NCBI GenBank assembly: GCA_964486145.1
Contig: CAZAMT010000001.1
Span: 27 to 64,026, forward strand
Direction: 5' to 3'
Length of the DNA stretch: 64,000 nucleotides
Source of the DNA: an uncultured Bacteroidales bacterium
GTDB taxonomy: Bacteria; Bacteroidota; Bacteroidia; Bacteroidales; JAAAOM01
The first letter of the stretch is position 1, and every line of letters starts with the position of its first letter. Both the position numbers and the translations under genes were made by a program. The notes beneath the pieces were generated by a model. The model saw nothing but the letters and a program-made list of their open reading frames with translations. It did not search any database and had not been told where the DNA came from. Positions 49,099 to 59,224 of the stretch are shown here, one piece after another.

Positions 49099-50121
49099 TT
49101 AAAAAAGCAATCCGCTATCCCTCAATTTATCAATTCCGAGATGTTTGTAAGCCATATCCGTTGCCATTCTTCCTCTTGAGGTACGTTTAATCAATCCTTC
49201 TTTTATTAAAAATGGCTCATACACTTCTTCAATGGTTCCGCTATCTTCTCCAACAGCAGTTGCTATTGTATTTAAACCAACGGGGCCACCGTTAAACTTT
49301 TTTACAACTACATTTAAAATCCTGTTATCCATCTCATCCAGGCCCATTTCATCAATATTCAACGCGTTCAGGCCAAATCTCGTAATTTCCATATTGATGT
49401 ATCCTTTACCTTTAATTTGTGCAAAATCCCTAACCCTTCGTAGCAATGCATTTGCAATTCTCGGTGTTCCTCTACTCCTTCGTGCAATTTCCATTGATGC
49501 ATCCTCATCGATACCAATTTTTAATATTTTACTTGAACGTTTAACGATATTTTTTAGTGTATCCTGATTGTAATATTCCAGATGTGATTGTATACCAAAC
49601 CTTGCCCTTAAAGGACTCGTTAGCAGACCAGACCGGGTAGTTGCCCCTATCAATGTAAACTTGTTCAAATTTAACTGAATTGAACGCGCTGAAGGTCCCT
49701 TATCGATAATAATGTCAATAACGAAATCTTCCATTGCAGAGTACAGGTACTCTTCAACAACTGGGTTCAATCTGTGAATTTCATCAATGAAAAGTATATC
49801 CCTCAATTCCAAATTCGTAAGCAAACCAGCCAGATCACCCGGTTTTTCAAGCACCGGTCCTGAAGTAATCTTCATGTTCACGCCCATTTCATTGGTGATG
49901 ATACCTGCCAACGTTGTTTTTCCCAGTCCCGGAGGACCATTTAAAAGAACATGATCCAATGCTTCTTCCCTAAGTTTAGCTGCTGCAACAAAAACTTTTA
50001 AGTTTTCAACAATGCTCCCCTGGCCTTTAAAATCATCAAAATTTTCAGGCCTTAGCTTTTGTTCAATTTCTGTATCAACTGACTGATTCTTTTCGTTCCG
50101 AATATCGAATTCTTCTGACAT
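49099..50121 (-). CDS. ruvB: Holliday junction branch migration helicase RuvB
   Basis: Walker [10 protein letters not shown], Walker B LFIDEIHR and the sensor/arginine-finger regions are present in a 340-aa protein. Confidence 0.97.
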   Translation of the reverse strand: MSEEFDIRNEKNQSVDTEIEQKLRPENFDDFKGQGSIVENLKVFVAAAKLREEALDHVLLNGPPGLGKTTLAGIITNEMGVNMKITSGPVLEKPGDLAGLLTNLELRDILFIDEIHRLNPVVEEYLYSAMEDFVIDIIIDKGPSARSIQLNLNKFTLIGATTRSGLLTSPLRARFGIQSHLEYYNQDTLKNIVKRSSKILKIGIDEDASMEIARRSRGTPRIANALLRRVRDFAQIKGKGYINMEITRFGLNALNIDEMGLDEMDNRILNVVVKKFNGGPVGLNTIATAVGEDSGTIEEVYEPFLIKEGLIKRTSRGRMATDMAYKHLGIDKLRDSGLLF

Positions 50122-50122
50122 A

Positions 50123-51694
50123 TTATCTGATTAAAGTCGGATCATCTGTTTCAAATCTAATTTTAACACCATTGATCCGAATTTCCTTATCATCTTCATA
50201 AGTGACTGTTAAAAGCAAATTTCCTTCCTCATCGTACTTTCTCCAGTTTTTTTCTTTGAAACCCATCACATAAAATCTTTCCTCTTTTAATGATTCATCC
50301 GGATAATACAATTTATGTTTTCCATCAGGGTTTCCCTGCACGTAATCTCCTTCAAAATTAAGATTTCCGTTATCATAAAAGTATTTCCATGTTCCGTCAC
50401 GCAATCCTGTAACAAATTTTCCTTCTTCCCGGTGATCACCTACATCATAAAACCACTCTCCTTCCTTTTCACCATCAAAGTATTCACCTTTTGCAATTAC
50501 CTCGCCTTCTTCATTATATTCGGTATATAACCCTTCCAAACGGCCATTTAAATATTCCTCTTCACGCCATAACATGCCATTTTCAAAATACCACGTCCAA
50601 ACACCACTCAACTTCCCGTTAATGTAATTTCCTGTTTGTTCAATGCTTCCATTCTCGAAGAAATACTTCCAATTACCGGTTTTCATGTTATTGCTATATT
50701 TCCCCACTGCTTTCACCTTACCTGACATATAATAATCTTTCCAGTCCCCCTGGCGTTTTCCTTCTGCATCCACGATACCTTCTGATAGCAATATTCCTTT
50801 GTCATTGTATATTTTTCCATCGACAATATTGCCATCCTCATCATAAAACCTGTGTGTGCCTACTGGAGTATCATCCTGATAGGGCCCCTCCGATACCACC
50901 CTTCCCGATTCATTCCTCATTTCCCTTATTACAATGGGATTCTCTTCCTCTTCATCACTGGCAATCAACTCGCCTTCACTATACCTTAAACTTGTGATGA
51001 GTGTTCCCTTTTTATTAAACTCTTTATACAATCCATGCATTCGTCCATCTTTATAGTAAACCTCAGTTGCAACCTTTCCATCTTCGAAGAACGTTTTCCA
51101 AACACCATCCTTTTGACCATTATCATTATACCTGTTTATTCTTTCACGCTCTGTTAAATATCCTTTTCTGTATGTTTTTAAGGTTATAATTGTGCTATCC
51201 TTATCAAATTCTTTTGCTAATCCGTTTCTCTGTCCCTTTGAGTACATTGCCACTTCCTTAATATTACCATTTTCATCAAAATAGTAAGACATTCCTTCTT
51301 TTTGGTCATTCACATACAGCTCTTTAGAAATCAAAATCGGAGTTTTTAACGGGTCATCTTTTATGTATGCATATTTACGATGATACCCGCTTTTAACACC
51401 ATTCTTATAATCAATCTTCTCCACAACATCCCCTACATTGTTATAGAAGTTCCATGTACTGTCAAGCCTGAAGTTTTTTCTATTACCTTCTGATTTAATA
51501 ACGCCTGATACATAATAAGTTATCCAGTAACCATCCGGTTTACCATCCTTCATAAAACCTTCTGAAGAAATTTGACCATTTGGATAATAGAATTTTGTAT
51601 ATCCGTCTTCTACCTTATCTGTTTGGGCAATGATGAATTGAGAAAACAGAACCAGCAAAGTGAATATTGAAATATGATATATTTTCATCTTCAT
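50123..51694 (-). CDS. MORN-variant repeat (YwqK-family) protein, secreted
   Basis: The start at [24 protein letters not shown] gives a signal peptide. There are about 18 repeats of the G-x-W-x-x-Y-Y-x-N-G...EG-x-Y-x-x-G-x-x-x-G pattern. Confidence 0.8.
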   Translation of the reverse strand: MKMKIYHISIFTLLVLFSQFIIAQTDKVEDGYTKFYYPNGQISSEGFMKDGKPDGYWITYYVSGVIKSEGNRKNFRLDSTWNFYNNVGDVVEKIDYKNGVKSGYHRKYAYIKDDPLKTPILISKELYVNDQKEGMSYYFDENGNIKEVAMYSKGQRNGLAKEFDKDSTIITLKTYRKGYLTERERINRYNDNGQKDGVWKTFFEDGKVATEVYYKDGRMHGLYKEFNKKGTLITSLRYSEGELIASDEEEENPIVIREMRNESGRVVSEGPYQDDTPVGTHRFYDEDGNIVDGKIYNDKGILLSEGIVDAEGKRQGDWKDYYMSGKVKAVGKYSNNMKTGNWKYFFENGSIEQTGNYINGKLSGVWTWYFENGMLWREEEYLNGRLEGLYTEYNEEGEVIAKGEYFDGEKEGEWFYDVGDHREEGKFVTGLRDGTWKYFYDNGNLNFEGDYVQGNPDGKHKLYYPDESLKEERFYVMGFKEKNWRKYDEEGNLLLTVTYEDDKEIRINGVKIRFETDDPTLIR

Positions 51695-51740
51695 TGCAAA
51701 TTTTTCATCTTTAATAATAACCGCCAATTTATATGATATT

Positions 51741-52742
51741 TTACAATTTCAATTTTTCAGAAATTTCCAACATCCTTCTTATGGGTTTTTCTGCTTTTAA
51801 TCTAACATCTTCTTCAATAACGATTTCCGGAATTTCATATTTCAGTGTATTGTATATTTTTTTCAATGAAATCAACTTCATAAAATTGCAGTCGTTACAT
51901 GCACATGTTGAATCTTTAGGAGGTGCAGGAATAAAATGCTTATTTGGGCTTTCTTTCATCATTTGATGAATAATTCCGGATTCTGTTGCTACAATAAATT
52001 TTTCTGCACTATCCTTTTTTGAATATTTAAGTAAACTTGATGTTGAACCAATATGGTCAGCTACAATTAAAATTGGTTTCTCACATTCCGGATGAGCAAT
52101 AATTTTTGCATCCGGATGTTTCTTTTTAAGCTCCAGTATTTTTTCCAGTGAAAACTCTTCATGTACGTGGCATGCACCGTCCCAAACAAGCATGTTTTCT
52201 CTTCCTGTCAGGCTTTTTATGTAATTCCCCAGATTTCTGTCGGGTCCAAATATAATCTTTTCTTCTTTGGGTAAACTATTAACAATCTCAACAGCATTTG
52301 AAGATGTACATACAATATCTGTTAAAGCTTTTATTTCCGCTGTTGTGTTTACATATGAAATTACCGTATGATCAGGATGTTTATGAACAAACTCAGCGAA
52401 CGCATCCGGAGGACAACTATCTGCCAGCGAACAACCTGCCATTAAGTCGGGAATCAACACTTTTTTATCAGGACTTAGTATTTTTGCCGTTTCGGCCATA
52501 AAATGAACACCTGCAAACAAAATAATATCTGCTTTGGTTTTAGCAGCTTGCTGCGACAATGCCAGGCTATCGCCTACAATATCAGCAATATCCTGAATTT
52601 CGCCTTCCTGGTAGAAATGGGCTAATATTACTGCATTTTTCTGTTTTCGTAATATATCTATTTCATCAATAACGTTAATGTCTTCTCTTACCTCTGCATT
52701 TACAAAACCATCCTTCAATAATCCATTTTTATCAACAACCAT
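51741..52742 (-). CDS. nadA: Quinolinate synthase
   Basis: 333 aa with a family-typical sequence throughout ([30 protein letters not shown]). Confidence 0.95.
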   Translation of the reverse strand: MVVDKNGLLKDGFVNAEVREDINVIDEIDILRKQKNAVILAHFYQEGEIQDIADIVGDSLALSQQAAKTKADIILFAGVHFMAETAKILSPDKKVLIPDLMAGCSLADSCPPDAFAEFVHKHPDHTVISYVNTTAEIKALTDIVCTSSNAVEIVNSLPKEEKIIFGPDRNLGNYIKSLTGRENMLVWDGACHVHEEFSLEKILELKKKHPDAKIIAHPECEKPILIVADHIGSTSSLLKYSKKDSAEKFIVATESGIIHQMMKESPNKHFIPAPPKDSTCACNDCNFMKLISLKKIYNTLKYEIPEIVIEEDVRLKAEKPIRRMLEISEKLKL

Positions 52743-52869
52743 ATCTTATATTATATTATTTTTTAAAATTAATTTAAGATCTATATATGATAATAATATC
52801 CTGTTAAAACTGTTTATATTTTCCTTTCACTAAACTTGAATTTTATCCAATTAAATATGTAAAAACAAT

Positions 52870-53122
52870 TAATTAACAAAAGTAATTTTTATGTTTCATT
52901 CAAAATCAATGAATTAATCATTTAATTAACAACATGTGAATAGCGAAATTATGTAAAAAAAATAACTCTCTGTCTGCCTGGTTTATGTTAAATATTTATT
53001 TCATTTTTTATTAGCATTTTTGGAAAAATAGAGTTTTTACAAAAACTGAAAATTTTTATATAGTACATATTGATCAACAGATCAAGTGATTTTTATAAAA
53101 AGAATTGAGTTGTAATTAACAA
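52870..53122 (+). repeat. Three direct copies of TAATTAACAA in the nadA/rpiB divergent spacer
   Basis: Exact 10-mers occur at 52870-52879, 52923-52932 and 53113-53122, all on the plus strand, within a 481-bp very AT-rich spacer. The core TTAATTAA is palindromic. Confidence 0.4.
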
Positions 53123-53223
53123 TAATTTAACATGCTATTAAATACCTTGTTTTAGGAAAAATAAATAAATGTGTTTTTAAGTAAAATTATTTGTTATACT
53201 TTTATTACTTTATTTTATAAACA

Positions 53224-53664
53224 ATGAAGATTGAATCAATAGGAATTGCAGCGGATCATGCAGGATTTGAATTAAAGAAAATCATTAAAGACCTTTTGGT
53301 GGCAGAAGGTTACAACATAAATGATTACGGAACGGAATTTGCTGATAGTGTTGATTATCCTGATTATGGGCATGTTTTAGCTGATGCTGTTGAACAGGGT
53401 AAAAATACCATTGGTATTTCGTTATGTGGAAGCGGCAATGGTATTAACATGACGGCCAATAAACACCAGGGAATACGATCTGCCATTTGCTGGAACAGGG
53501 AGATCGCGACTTATGCCCGTAAACACAATGATGCAAATATTTGTGCTTTGCCGGCACGATTTATTTCCCCGGAGGAAGCCAGGCAGGTAGTTTTAATGTT
53601 TTTAAAAACTGATTTTGATGGTGGACGACATAAAAGAAGGGTAGATAAAATACCTTATTGTTAA
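53224..53664 (+). CDS. rpiB: Ribose 5-phosphate isomerase B
   Basis: IGIAADHAGFELK, LCGSGNGINMTANK and ARKHNDANICALPARF are present in a 146-aa protein. Confidence 0.93.
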   Translation: MKIESIGIAADHAGFELKKIIKDLLVAEGYNINDYGTEFADSVDYPDYGHVLADAVEQGKNTIGISLCGSGNGINMTANKHQGIRSAICWNREIATYARKHNDANICALPARFISPEEARQVVLMFLKTDFDGGRHKRRVDKIPYC

Positions 53665-53676
53665 AAATAGATACAT

Positions 53677-54108
53677 ATGTTATCAAATACGAGTAAATAT
53701 GCTGTCAGGGCTGTTATATACCTGGCCTTACATGCGGGCGAAGAGAAAAAAATCGGCATTAAGAAAATTTCTGAAGATTTAAAAATTCCTTCACCTTTCC
53801 TGGGAAAAATTCTTCAATCATTGGCAAAACACAAATTGTTGTCATCAACAAAAGGACCCAGTGGTGGATTTGGATTGGGCAGACCGGCCAGGGAAATTAC
53901 ATTATTTCATATTGTTGATATCATTGATGGGGGGGATCTGTTTGAAAATTGTTTGATTACGATGAATAAATGTACCGATGAAGATCGCCATTGTCCTATG
54001 CATAATAAATATGTTGAAATAAGGAAGGAACTCAAAAAACTGTTTGAATCTCAAACCATTGATGAACTTGCAGAGGATGCAAAAAACGACAATAAAATCC
54101 AGATTTAA
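53677..54108 (+). CDS. Rrf2 family transcriptional regulator (Cys3-His cluster-ligand pattern)
   Basis: The N-terminal wHTH YAVRAVIYLA...ISEDLKIPSPFLGKILQSLAKHKLL is present. The putative ligands read C-x6-C-x6-C-x2-H (CLITMNKCTDEDRHCPMH). Confidence 0.9.
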   Translation: MLSNTSKYAVRAVIYLALHAGEEKKIGIKKISEDLKIPSPFLGKILQSLAKHKLLSSTKGPSGGFGLGRPAREITLFHIVDIIDGGDLFENCLITMNKCTDEDRHCPMHNKYVEIRKELKKLFESQTIDELAEDAKNDNKIQI

Positions 54109-54515
54109 ATTGTTGAAACCAATTGCTTACATTTGGATATAATCAAAAGCTGGAAACGGTAGATATATCGAAAGAGCAAAATTCCAGTTAAAATTCCCAA
54201 CGTATTCGCAAAAAAATCATAAGGATCGCCCTCCCGGGTTAATGTCAGTGATTGTTGCATCATTTCAGTTGCAAACCCAACAGCAAATGGCAATAGAAAT
54301 GCAATTGATATGGCAGTACGTTTTGAACCTTTCCGGGATTGGAGATGACCTTCCAGAATGAAGTAGCTAAAAATAAAGTACATGATAAAATGTGCTATCT
54401 TATCTGTGTGTTCAAAATTCATTTGCACATCCGGGAGTTTATCTGATGACAGTATACTCAGTATAATTACAATGATAAACCAGACCGCAGCTTTCCAGTA
54501 GTATACAATGATCAT
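54105..54515 (-). CDS. VanZ family membrane protein
   Basis: 136 aa with four hydrophobic helices. DKIAHFIMYF and EMMQ...R...D..AN..G are typical of VanZ-like proteins. Its stop overlaps the Rrf2 stop by 3 nt (54105-54107 versus 54106-54108; the two CDS spans share 4 nt). Confidence 0.75.
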   Translation of the reverse strand: MIIVYYWKAAVWFIIVIILSILSSDKLPDVQMNFEHTDKIAHFIMYFIFSYFILEGHLQSRKGSKRTAISIAFLLPFAVGFATEMMQQSLTLTREGDPYDFFANTLGILTGILLFRYIYRFQLLIISKCKQLVSTI

Positions 54516-54600
54516 ATTTGTTAATTATCTGATGTTTAGCATATTAATGATGGGTTTTATCTTTTATAATTGGTTTATAAACCTGTTCATATCTTGTTAA

Positions 54601-54616
54601 TGTTTCACGTGGAACA
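54601..54616. other. parS centromere-like site (TGTTTCACGTGGAACA)
   Basis: It is the exact reverse complement of the Bacillus subtilis parS sequence TGTTCCACGTGAAACA and lies in the vanZ/hemW divergent spacer. Confidence 0.8.
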
Positions 54617-54726
54617 TTGGTTTTCAAATTCCTATGAATGAAAAATTGTTTATAAACTCCTTGTTAAAATCATTATGAGTTTGCAAATATAACCAGGTTT
54701 TTATACAACCTAACCAAATCCTGTGT

Positions 54727-54734
54727 TACATTTG
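54727..54734 (+). promoter_or_regulatory. Candidate Bacteroidota -7 promoter box (TACATTTG) for hemW
   Basis: It matches TAnnTTTG and lies 19 nt upstream of ATG 54753. This is the same octamer and similar geometry as the box at 47160. Confidence 0.35.
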
Positions 54735-54752
54735 TGTTTATCTAATGGATTC

Positions 54753-55880
54753 ATGGCAGGTATTTATTTACATATCCCGTTTTGCAGACAAAATTGTCAT
54801 TATTGTGATTTCTATTACAGTGTATCTTTGCATTACAAGTCACAAATGGTAGAAGCATTGATAAATGAAATTGATCTTAGAAAAAATTATTTAGAAAATG
54901 AATTAATTGATTCCATCTATTTTGGAGGAGGTACACCTTCAATTTTATCCCTGAATGATATAGAAAATATATTGAAAACCATTTTTAAATATTTCAGGAT
55001 AAGTAAATCCATTGAAATAACATTGGAGGCAAATCCCGATGATATAACCATTGTCTATGTAATTGGATTAAAACAAATGGGAATAAACAGGATTAGCCTG
55101 GGTGTTCAATCATTTGATAATACCGATTTGACTTTGATGAACCGACGGCATGACTCAATAAAAGCAGAAGAGGCAATTCGCATTCTTAAAACAATACCCA
55201 TAGAAAATTTTTCTACTGATTTAATATATGCTGTTCCCGGCTCATCCGAAAAAACATTAAAAAATAATTTGCATAAAATGGTAGATGCCGGTACACCTCA
55301 TGTGTCGGTGTATCATTTAACTTATGAGGATGGAACCATTTTTAAACATAAAATAAAAAAACAGCGCTTATCTGAAATAGGGGAGGAGGAGAGCAATCAA
55401 CAATACGATATCATTAAAAAATACATGGTATCAAACGGATATCAGCATTATGAAATATCAAATTTTGCAAAAGATGGATTTATTTCCAAACATAACAGTG
55501 CATACTGGTTTGGTAAAAAATATTTGGGTTTGGGTCCATCGGCACATTCCTTCAACGGGAAATCAAGACAATGGAATATCGCTGCTCTTCAAAAATACAT
55601 CAATGGAATCAATCATCGAAAACCCGTCATTGAAAAGGAAACATTGCAGAAATCAGTTCAATACAATGAATTTGTTATGGTAAGACTTCGAACCATGTGG
55701 GGAATTAATCATAAAGAGCTAGAGAAAAAATTTGGAATGCATGCCATAAAAAGGTTTTTAAAAGAAACTGATCCTTTCATTGCTGAGGGTTCTTTAATCC
55801 GAAGCGAAAATGAAACTGTTATGAATCCAAAGAAATACTTGCAAAGCGATCATATAATTTCACAATTGTTTATAACGTAA
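54753..55880 (+). CDS. hemW: Radical SAM heme chaperone HemW (coproporphyrinogen III oxidase-like)
   Basis: The start at MAGIYLHIPFC is followed by the CxxxCxxC motif CRQNCHYCDF. A length of about 375 aa fits the family. Confidence 0.9.
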   Translation: MAGIYLHIPFCRQNCHYCDFYYSVSLHYKSQMVEALINEIDLRKNYLENELIDSIYFGGGTPSILSLNDIENILKTIFKYFRISKSIEITLEANPDDITIVYVIGLKQMGINRISLGVQSFDNTDLTLMNRRHDSIKAEEAIRILKTIPIENFSTDLIYAVPGSSEKTLKNNLHKMVDAGTPHVSVYHLTYEDGTIFKHKIKKQRLSEIGEEESNQQYDIIKKYMVSNGYQHYEISNFAKDGFISKHNSAYWFGKKYLGLGPSAHSFNGKSRQWNIAALQKYINGINHRKPVIEKETLQKSVQYNEFVMVRLRTMWGINHKELEKKFGMHAIKRFLKETDPFIAEGSLIRSENETVMNPKKYLQSDHIISQLFIT

Positions 55881-55912
55881 AAATCCTGTGGAAATGTTTT
55901 CACAGGATTTTT
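55881..55912. terminator. Bidirectional rho-independent terminator between hemW and the MCP gene
   Basis: AAATCCTGTG (55881-55890) pairs with CACAGGATTT (55901-55910) around a 10-nt loop. A-runs and T-runs on both sides allow termination of both convergent genes. Confidence 0.7.
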
Positions 55913-55934
55913 ACGGGAACAGGAAAGAACAACA

Positions 55935-57974
55935 TTAGAAATTTTCGTACTGCTCTTCGGTTTTTTCTCCTTCTAAATCTAAAGCATAACCTTTGCCATT
56001 ATTTTTAGATATTTCTGTTGATTTATTAGCTACAGGTTTAGGTGTTGCTTTTTTAATGGAGTTTTTCTTAAGACTGCTTTTGAAAGCTTCTTCTCCTATT
56101 TTAAAATAAGATACATAATCTTTTAACTGATCAGCCTGTGAAGATAATTCTTCAGCGCTGGTGGCCATTTCCTCAGAAGCTGCAGCATTTTGCTGTGTTA
56201 CCTGGTTTAATTGTTGTATGGCATTGTTTACTTGCTCGGCGCCTGAGGTTTGCTCCAGGCTGGCTGCTGTGATTTCCTGAACAAGTTTTGCTGTTTTTTC
56301 AATTTCAGGAACAATTTCACCAAGTTGTTTTCCGGCTTTCTCTGATATCGAAACACCAGATTGTGATAATTCATCAATTTCATCAGCCGCAACTTTACTT
56401 CTTTCCGCAAGTTTTCTGACCTCGGCAGCTACCACAGCAAAACCTTTCCCGTGTTCACCTGCACGCGCTGCTTCCACAGCAGCATTCAATGCGAGAATAT
56501 TGGTTTGAAATGCAATGTCGTTAATGATTTTAATTTTTTCGGCAATGTTTTTCATCGAACTAACCGATATTTCGGTTGACTTATATCCTTCCCGGATACC
56601 TTCAACTGCACTAAGAGCAATTTTTTCTGTTTGTTGGGCATTCTCGGTATTTTGCTGGATATTCGATGCCATCTCTTCCATAGATGATGAAACTTCCTCT
56701 GCTGAAGATGCCTGTTCAGAAGCTCCTTGTGACATTTCCTGCGATGTAGAACTCATTTCATTACTGGCAATGGCAATCGAATCGGCTCCTGTGGTTATAC
56801 TGGTGACAATTTCACGGAGCTTTTCAACCATTGAAACAAGGGATGCAGCAAGTATTCCGATTTCATCTTTTTGATCAATATCAATGCTCGCTGTTAAGTC
56901 TCCTTTGGCAACATCCTGTGCAAACCGAACGCCTTTGTTGATTGGCTTTACAATACCAATAGTAATGACATAGGCCAGTACAATTGCAAAAAGAATTGCG
57001 ATAATACTAAATATAATAACTCCTCCCCTGGTTTTATTCGCCTCACCAAGCATTGCTTCATCTGTCATTATGTAACCTTTGGATTGTTCAATAATATCTT
57101 CAAATTTGGTACCTACCTTTTCCAGATTCGTCATTGTTTCATCATGATAAATGACCATTGCCTGGTCCATACTTTTAAGTTTTTTGTCATTCCAGTGTAT
57201 CATCTCATCAATAACATCAAGCACCTCATACGTGGTTGGTTTCAGTACCGACATATAATGGTTTTTACCAGCGCCTGTGTTTCCAGTCTTGTAATAATTT
57301 TCCATTTGCACAACTTCCTGGTGCAGTTTATTGTGAGGTTTTTCAATTTCATTGCAAATGGCGGCAAATTCAGGGAATCGTTTTTTTAATTGTTTTGTTT
57401 CCTCCGAGTTTAACCATTTTCCAAAATTACACTGCGTAGGATCTTTTTGTACATCAATAGTATTTACCTGAACTGCATTAACGGCAACATCTTTAACCCG
57501 GTGTGCAAAAATCAGGTGATCAGATTTGGCCTCGCGTAAGCTGGAACTTAAGCTCCTGTCAGCCTGTTCAAATGTGTTTTTTATTTTTTTGGCAGATTCA
57601 TGCAAATGTTTATGGGGTTCTTCCATTTCTGCAAACAGGGTGGCTAATTCCGGTGCAAGTTCTTCAGCATGTTTACGACCTTCACCAAAATACCATTTCC
57701 CGAATGCACATTGGGTGTGATCGGTTTCGACATTCAGTTCAGTTACTTCATCATTGGTAATTAATTCGTTTACATTTTGAGCCCAATGTAAATGTTGAAC
57801 ATATTTATGTTCAAGTTCTGTGCGCAATTTGTTGCCATCAATAACCTCCTCGGCGTTGCCAACAATGCCGTTAATACCGGATATCGACCAGAAAGCTACA
57901 ATGCCAAGCACCACAACGATAGCGCCAAAAGCAATAAAAAATTTTCGACCAAGTTTAATATCTTTCCATTTCAT
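55935..57974 (-). CDS. Methyl-accepting chemotaxis protein with two tandem CZB-type motifs in the predicted periplasmic domain
   Basis: TM1 spans residues about 12-32 and TM2 about 316-341, followed by a HAMP domain ([36 protein letters not shown]). The MCP signalling hairpin is [40 protein letters not shown]. Residues 61-125 and 153-218 each match the CZB motif. Confidence 0.92.
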   Translation of the reverse strand: MKWKDIKLGRKFFIAFGAIVVVLGIVAFWSISGINGIVGNAEEVIDGNKLRTELEHKYVQHLHWAQNVNELITNDEVTELNVETDHTQCAFGKWYFGEGRKHAEELAPELATLFAEMEEPHKHLHESAKKIKNTFEQADRSLSSSLREAKSDHLIFAHRVKDVAVNAVQVNTIDVQKDPTQCNFGKWLNSEETKQLKKRFPEFAAICNEIEKPHNKLHQEVVQMENYYKTGNTGAGKNHYMSVLKPTTYEVLDVIDEMIHWNDKKLKSMDQAMVIYHDETMTNLEKVGTKFEDIIEQSKGYIMTDEAMLGEANKTRGGVIIFSIIAILFAIVLAYVITIGIVKPINKGVRFAQDVAKGDLTASIDIDQKDEIGILAASLVSMVEKLREIVTSITTGADSIAIASNEMSSTSQEMSQGASEQASSAEEVSSSMEEMASNIQQNTENAQQTEKIALSAVEGIREGYKSTEISVSSMKNIAEKIKIINDIAFQTNILALNAAVEAARAGEHGKGFAVVAAEVRKLAERSKVAADEIDELSQSGVSISEKAGKQLGEIVPEIEKTAKLVQEITAASLEQTSGAEQVNNAIQQLNQVTQQNAAASEEMATSAEELSSQADQLKDYVSYFKIGEEAFKSSLKKNSIKKATPKPVANKSTEISKNNGKGYALDLEGEKTEEQYENF

Positions 57975-58004
57975 GATGTAATAAATTAAGTTAAGTGATT
58001 TTAA

Positions 58005-58370
58005 TTATTTTGTTGTTAATGCTTCCTTTATTTTTGATTTGAATTTTTCTACATTGAATGGTTTGACAAAATATTCGCTGGCACCCATTGAAAAAGCTTT
58101 TTCTACCAAATGTACTTCTGAACTTGCAGAAACAAAATACACTGGTGCTGCTAATGAATGCATGGATGAAAGGATGTCAAACCCGTTCAAATGGGGCATG
58201 TTAATATCAATAATATACAGATCGGCTTTGAGCCGTTTAAGATTTTGAACAGCAACCAGCGAACTTACATACAGGTGAATCAGAACATTCGGAAATTCTT
58301 CTTTAATAATCGATTTCATTAGCTGTAAGCTTGTTCTTGAATCATCAATGATCATTATGCTTTTTTTCAT
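58005..58370 (-). CDS. Single-domain response regulator (CheY-like)
   Basis: 121 aa with all receiver residues intact: IIDDS, the phospho-acceptor in YIIDINMPHLNG, FVSAS and VKPF. It lies 30 nt upstream of the MCP gene on the same strand. Confidence 0.9.
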   Translation of the reverse strand: MKKSIMIIDDSRTSLQLMKSIIKEEFPNVLIHLYVSSLVAVQNLKRLKADLYIIDINMPHLNGFDILSSMHSLAAPVYFVSASSEVHLVEKAFSMGASEYFVKPFNVEKFKSKIKEALTTK

Positions 58371-58549
58371 TATCTTTTTATCCTTAATTAAACCGATTCA
58401 TTGCAATGAATTTATTCTACGTTTCTATAAATTAGTGTTTTAGAAATAAGGGTGAAATACATCACCTCCATTTGGGACATTTGTCCTGTTTTCAAACTAC
58501 TTCATTCAAAATAATTAGTATATTTAAGAGTTTAGTCAGAAAAGCATCA

Positions 58550-59224
58550 ATGAAGTGCAGGTTTTGTGAATATAAATCAGTACCGTTTCAACAATTGGAT
58601 GAAAAGGATTTAATTGCTATCTCCTCGCATTGCTTTGCCAAAGAGTATAGTAAGGGGGAGCAAATTTTTTCAGAAGGACACCCCATTGGTGATATAACCT
58701 ACCTCAGGAAGGGGTTATTGAAAATTCAAAAAAAAATAGATGGTGGTAAAAATGTAATTTTCCAGATTTTACAGGCGCCAGGTTATTTTGGTTTACCCTC
58801 TGTTTTTGCAGATAAATTCTATCACACCAGCGCCGAGGCTTTGACCCCGTCGGAAGTATGCTTTTTGGCAAAAGAAGCATTTTTTGATTTAATTAAAGAA
58901 AATGGAAATTTTGGTTTAAACTTATTAAAATGCAATTGTAAATCTGAACTTCAATACATCGATCATACGGTTACACTGGTACGTCAGCAGGTTCCCGGAC
59001 GTTTAGCTGATGTATTGATGTTGTTCTATAAAACAATGGCATATCAAAACAGTTTTACTTTACCACTGACCAGGTCTGAAATGGCCGAATTTATGGGGGT
59101 TTCCACAAAAAGCCTTACCCGCATCATGACAGAATTTAAGAATGATGGGATTATAAAAACTGAAAATAGTAAAATTGAAATATTACGGCCCGATCTTTTG
59201 AATAGACTGGTAAGACTCGGATAA
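58550..59224 (+). CDS. Crp/Fnr family transcriptional regulator
   Basis: The start is at MKCRFCEYKSVPF. A cNMP-binding-like beta-roll is followed by the C-terminal HTH TRSEMAEFMGVSTKSLTRIMTEFKNDGII. Cysteines lie at 3, 6, 28, 104, 128 and 130. Confidence 0.88.
   Translation: MKCRFCEYKSVPFQQLDEKDLIAISSHCFAKEYSKGEQIFSEGHPIGDITYLRKGLLKIQKKIDGGKNVIFQILQAPGYFGLPSVFADKFYHTSAEALTPSEVCFLAKEAFFDLIKENGNFGLNLLKCNCKSELQYIDHTVTLVRQQVPGRLADVLMLFYKTMAYQNSFTLPLTRSEMAEFMGVSTKSLTRIMTEFKNDGIIKTENSKIEILRPDLLNRLVRLG

Noticed and set aside
52743-53223. The AT-rich 481-bp spacer as the replication origin (oriC)
   Set aside because: I found only two 7/9 DnaA-box-like words (TTATCCAAT at 52843-52851 and TGTGAATAG at 52935-52943). 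There is no cluster of near-consensus TTATCCACA boxes and no dnaA nearby. AT-richness alone is not evidence.
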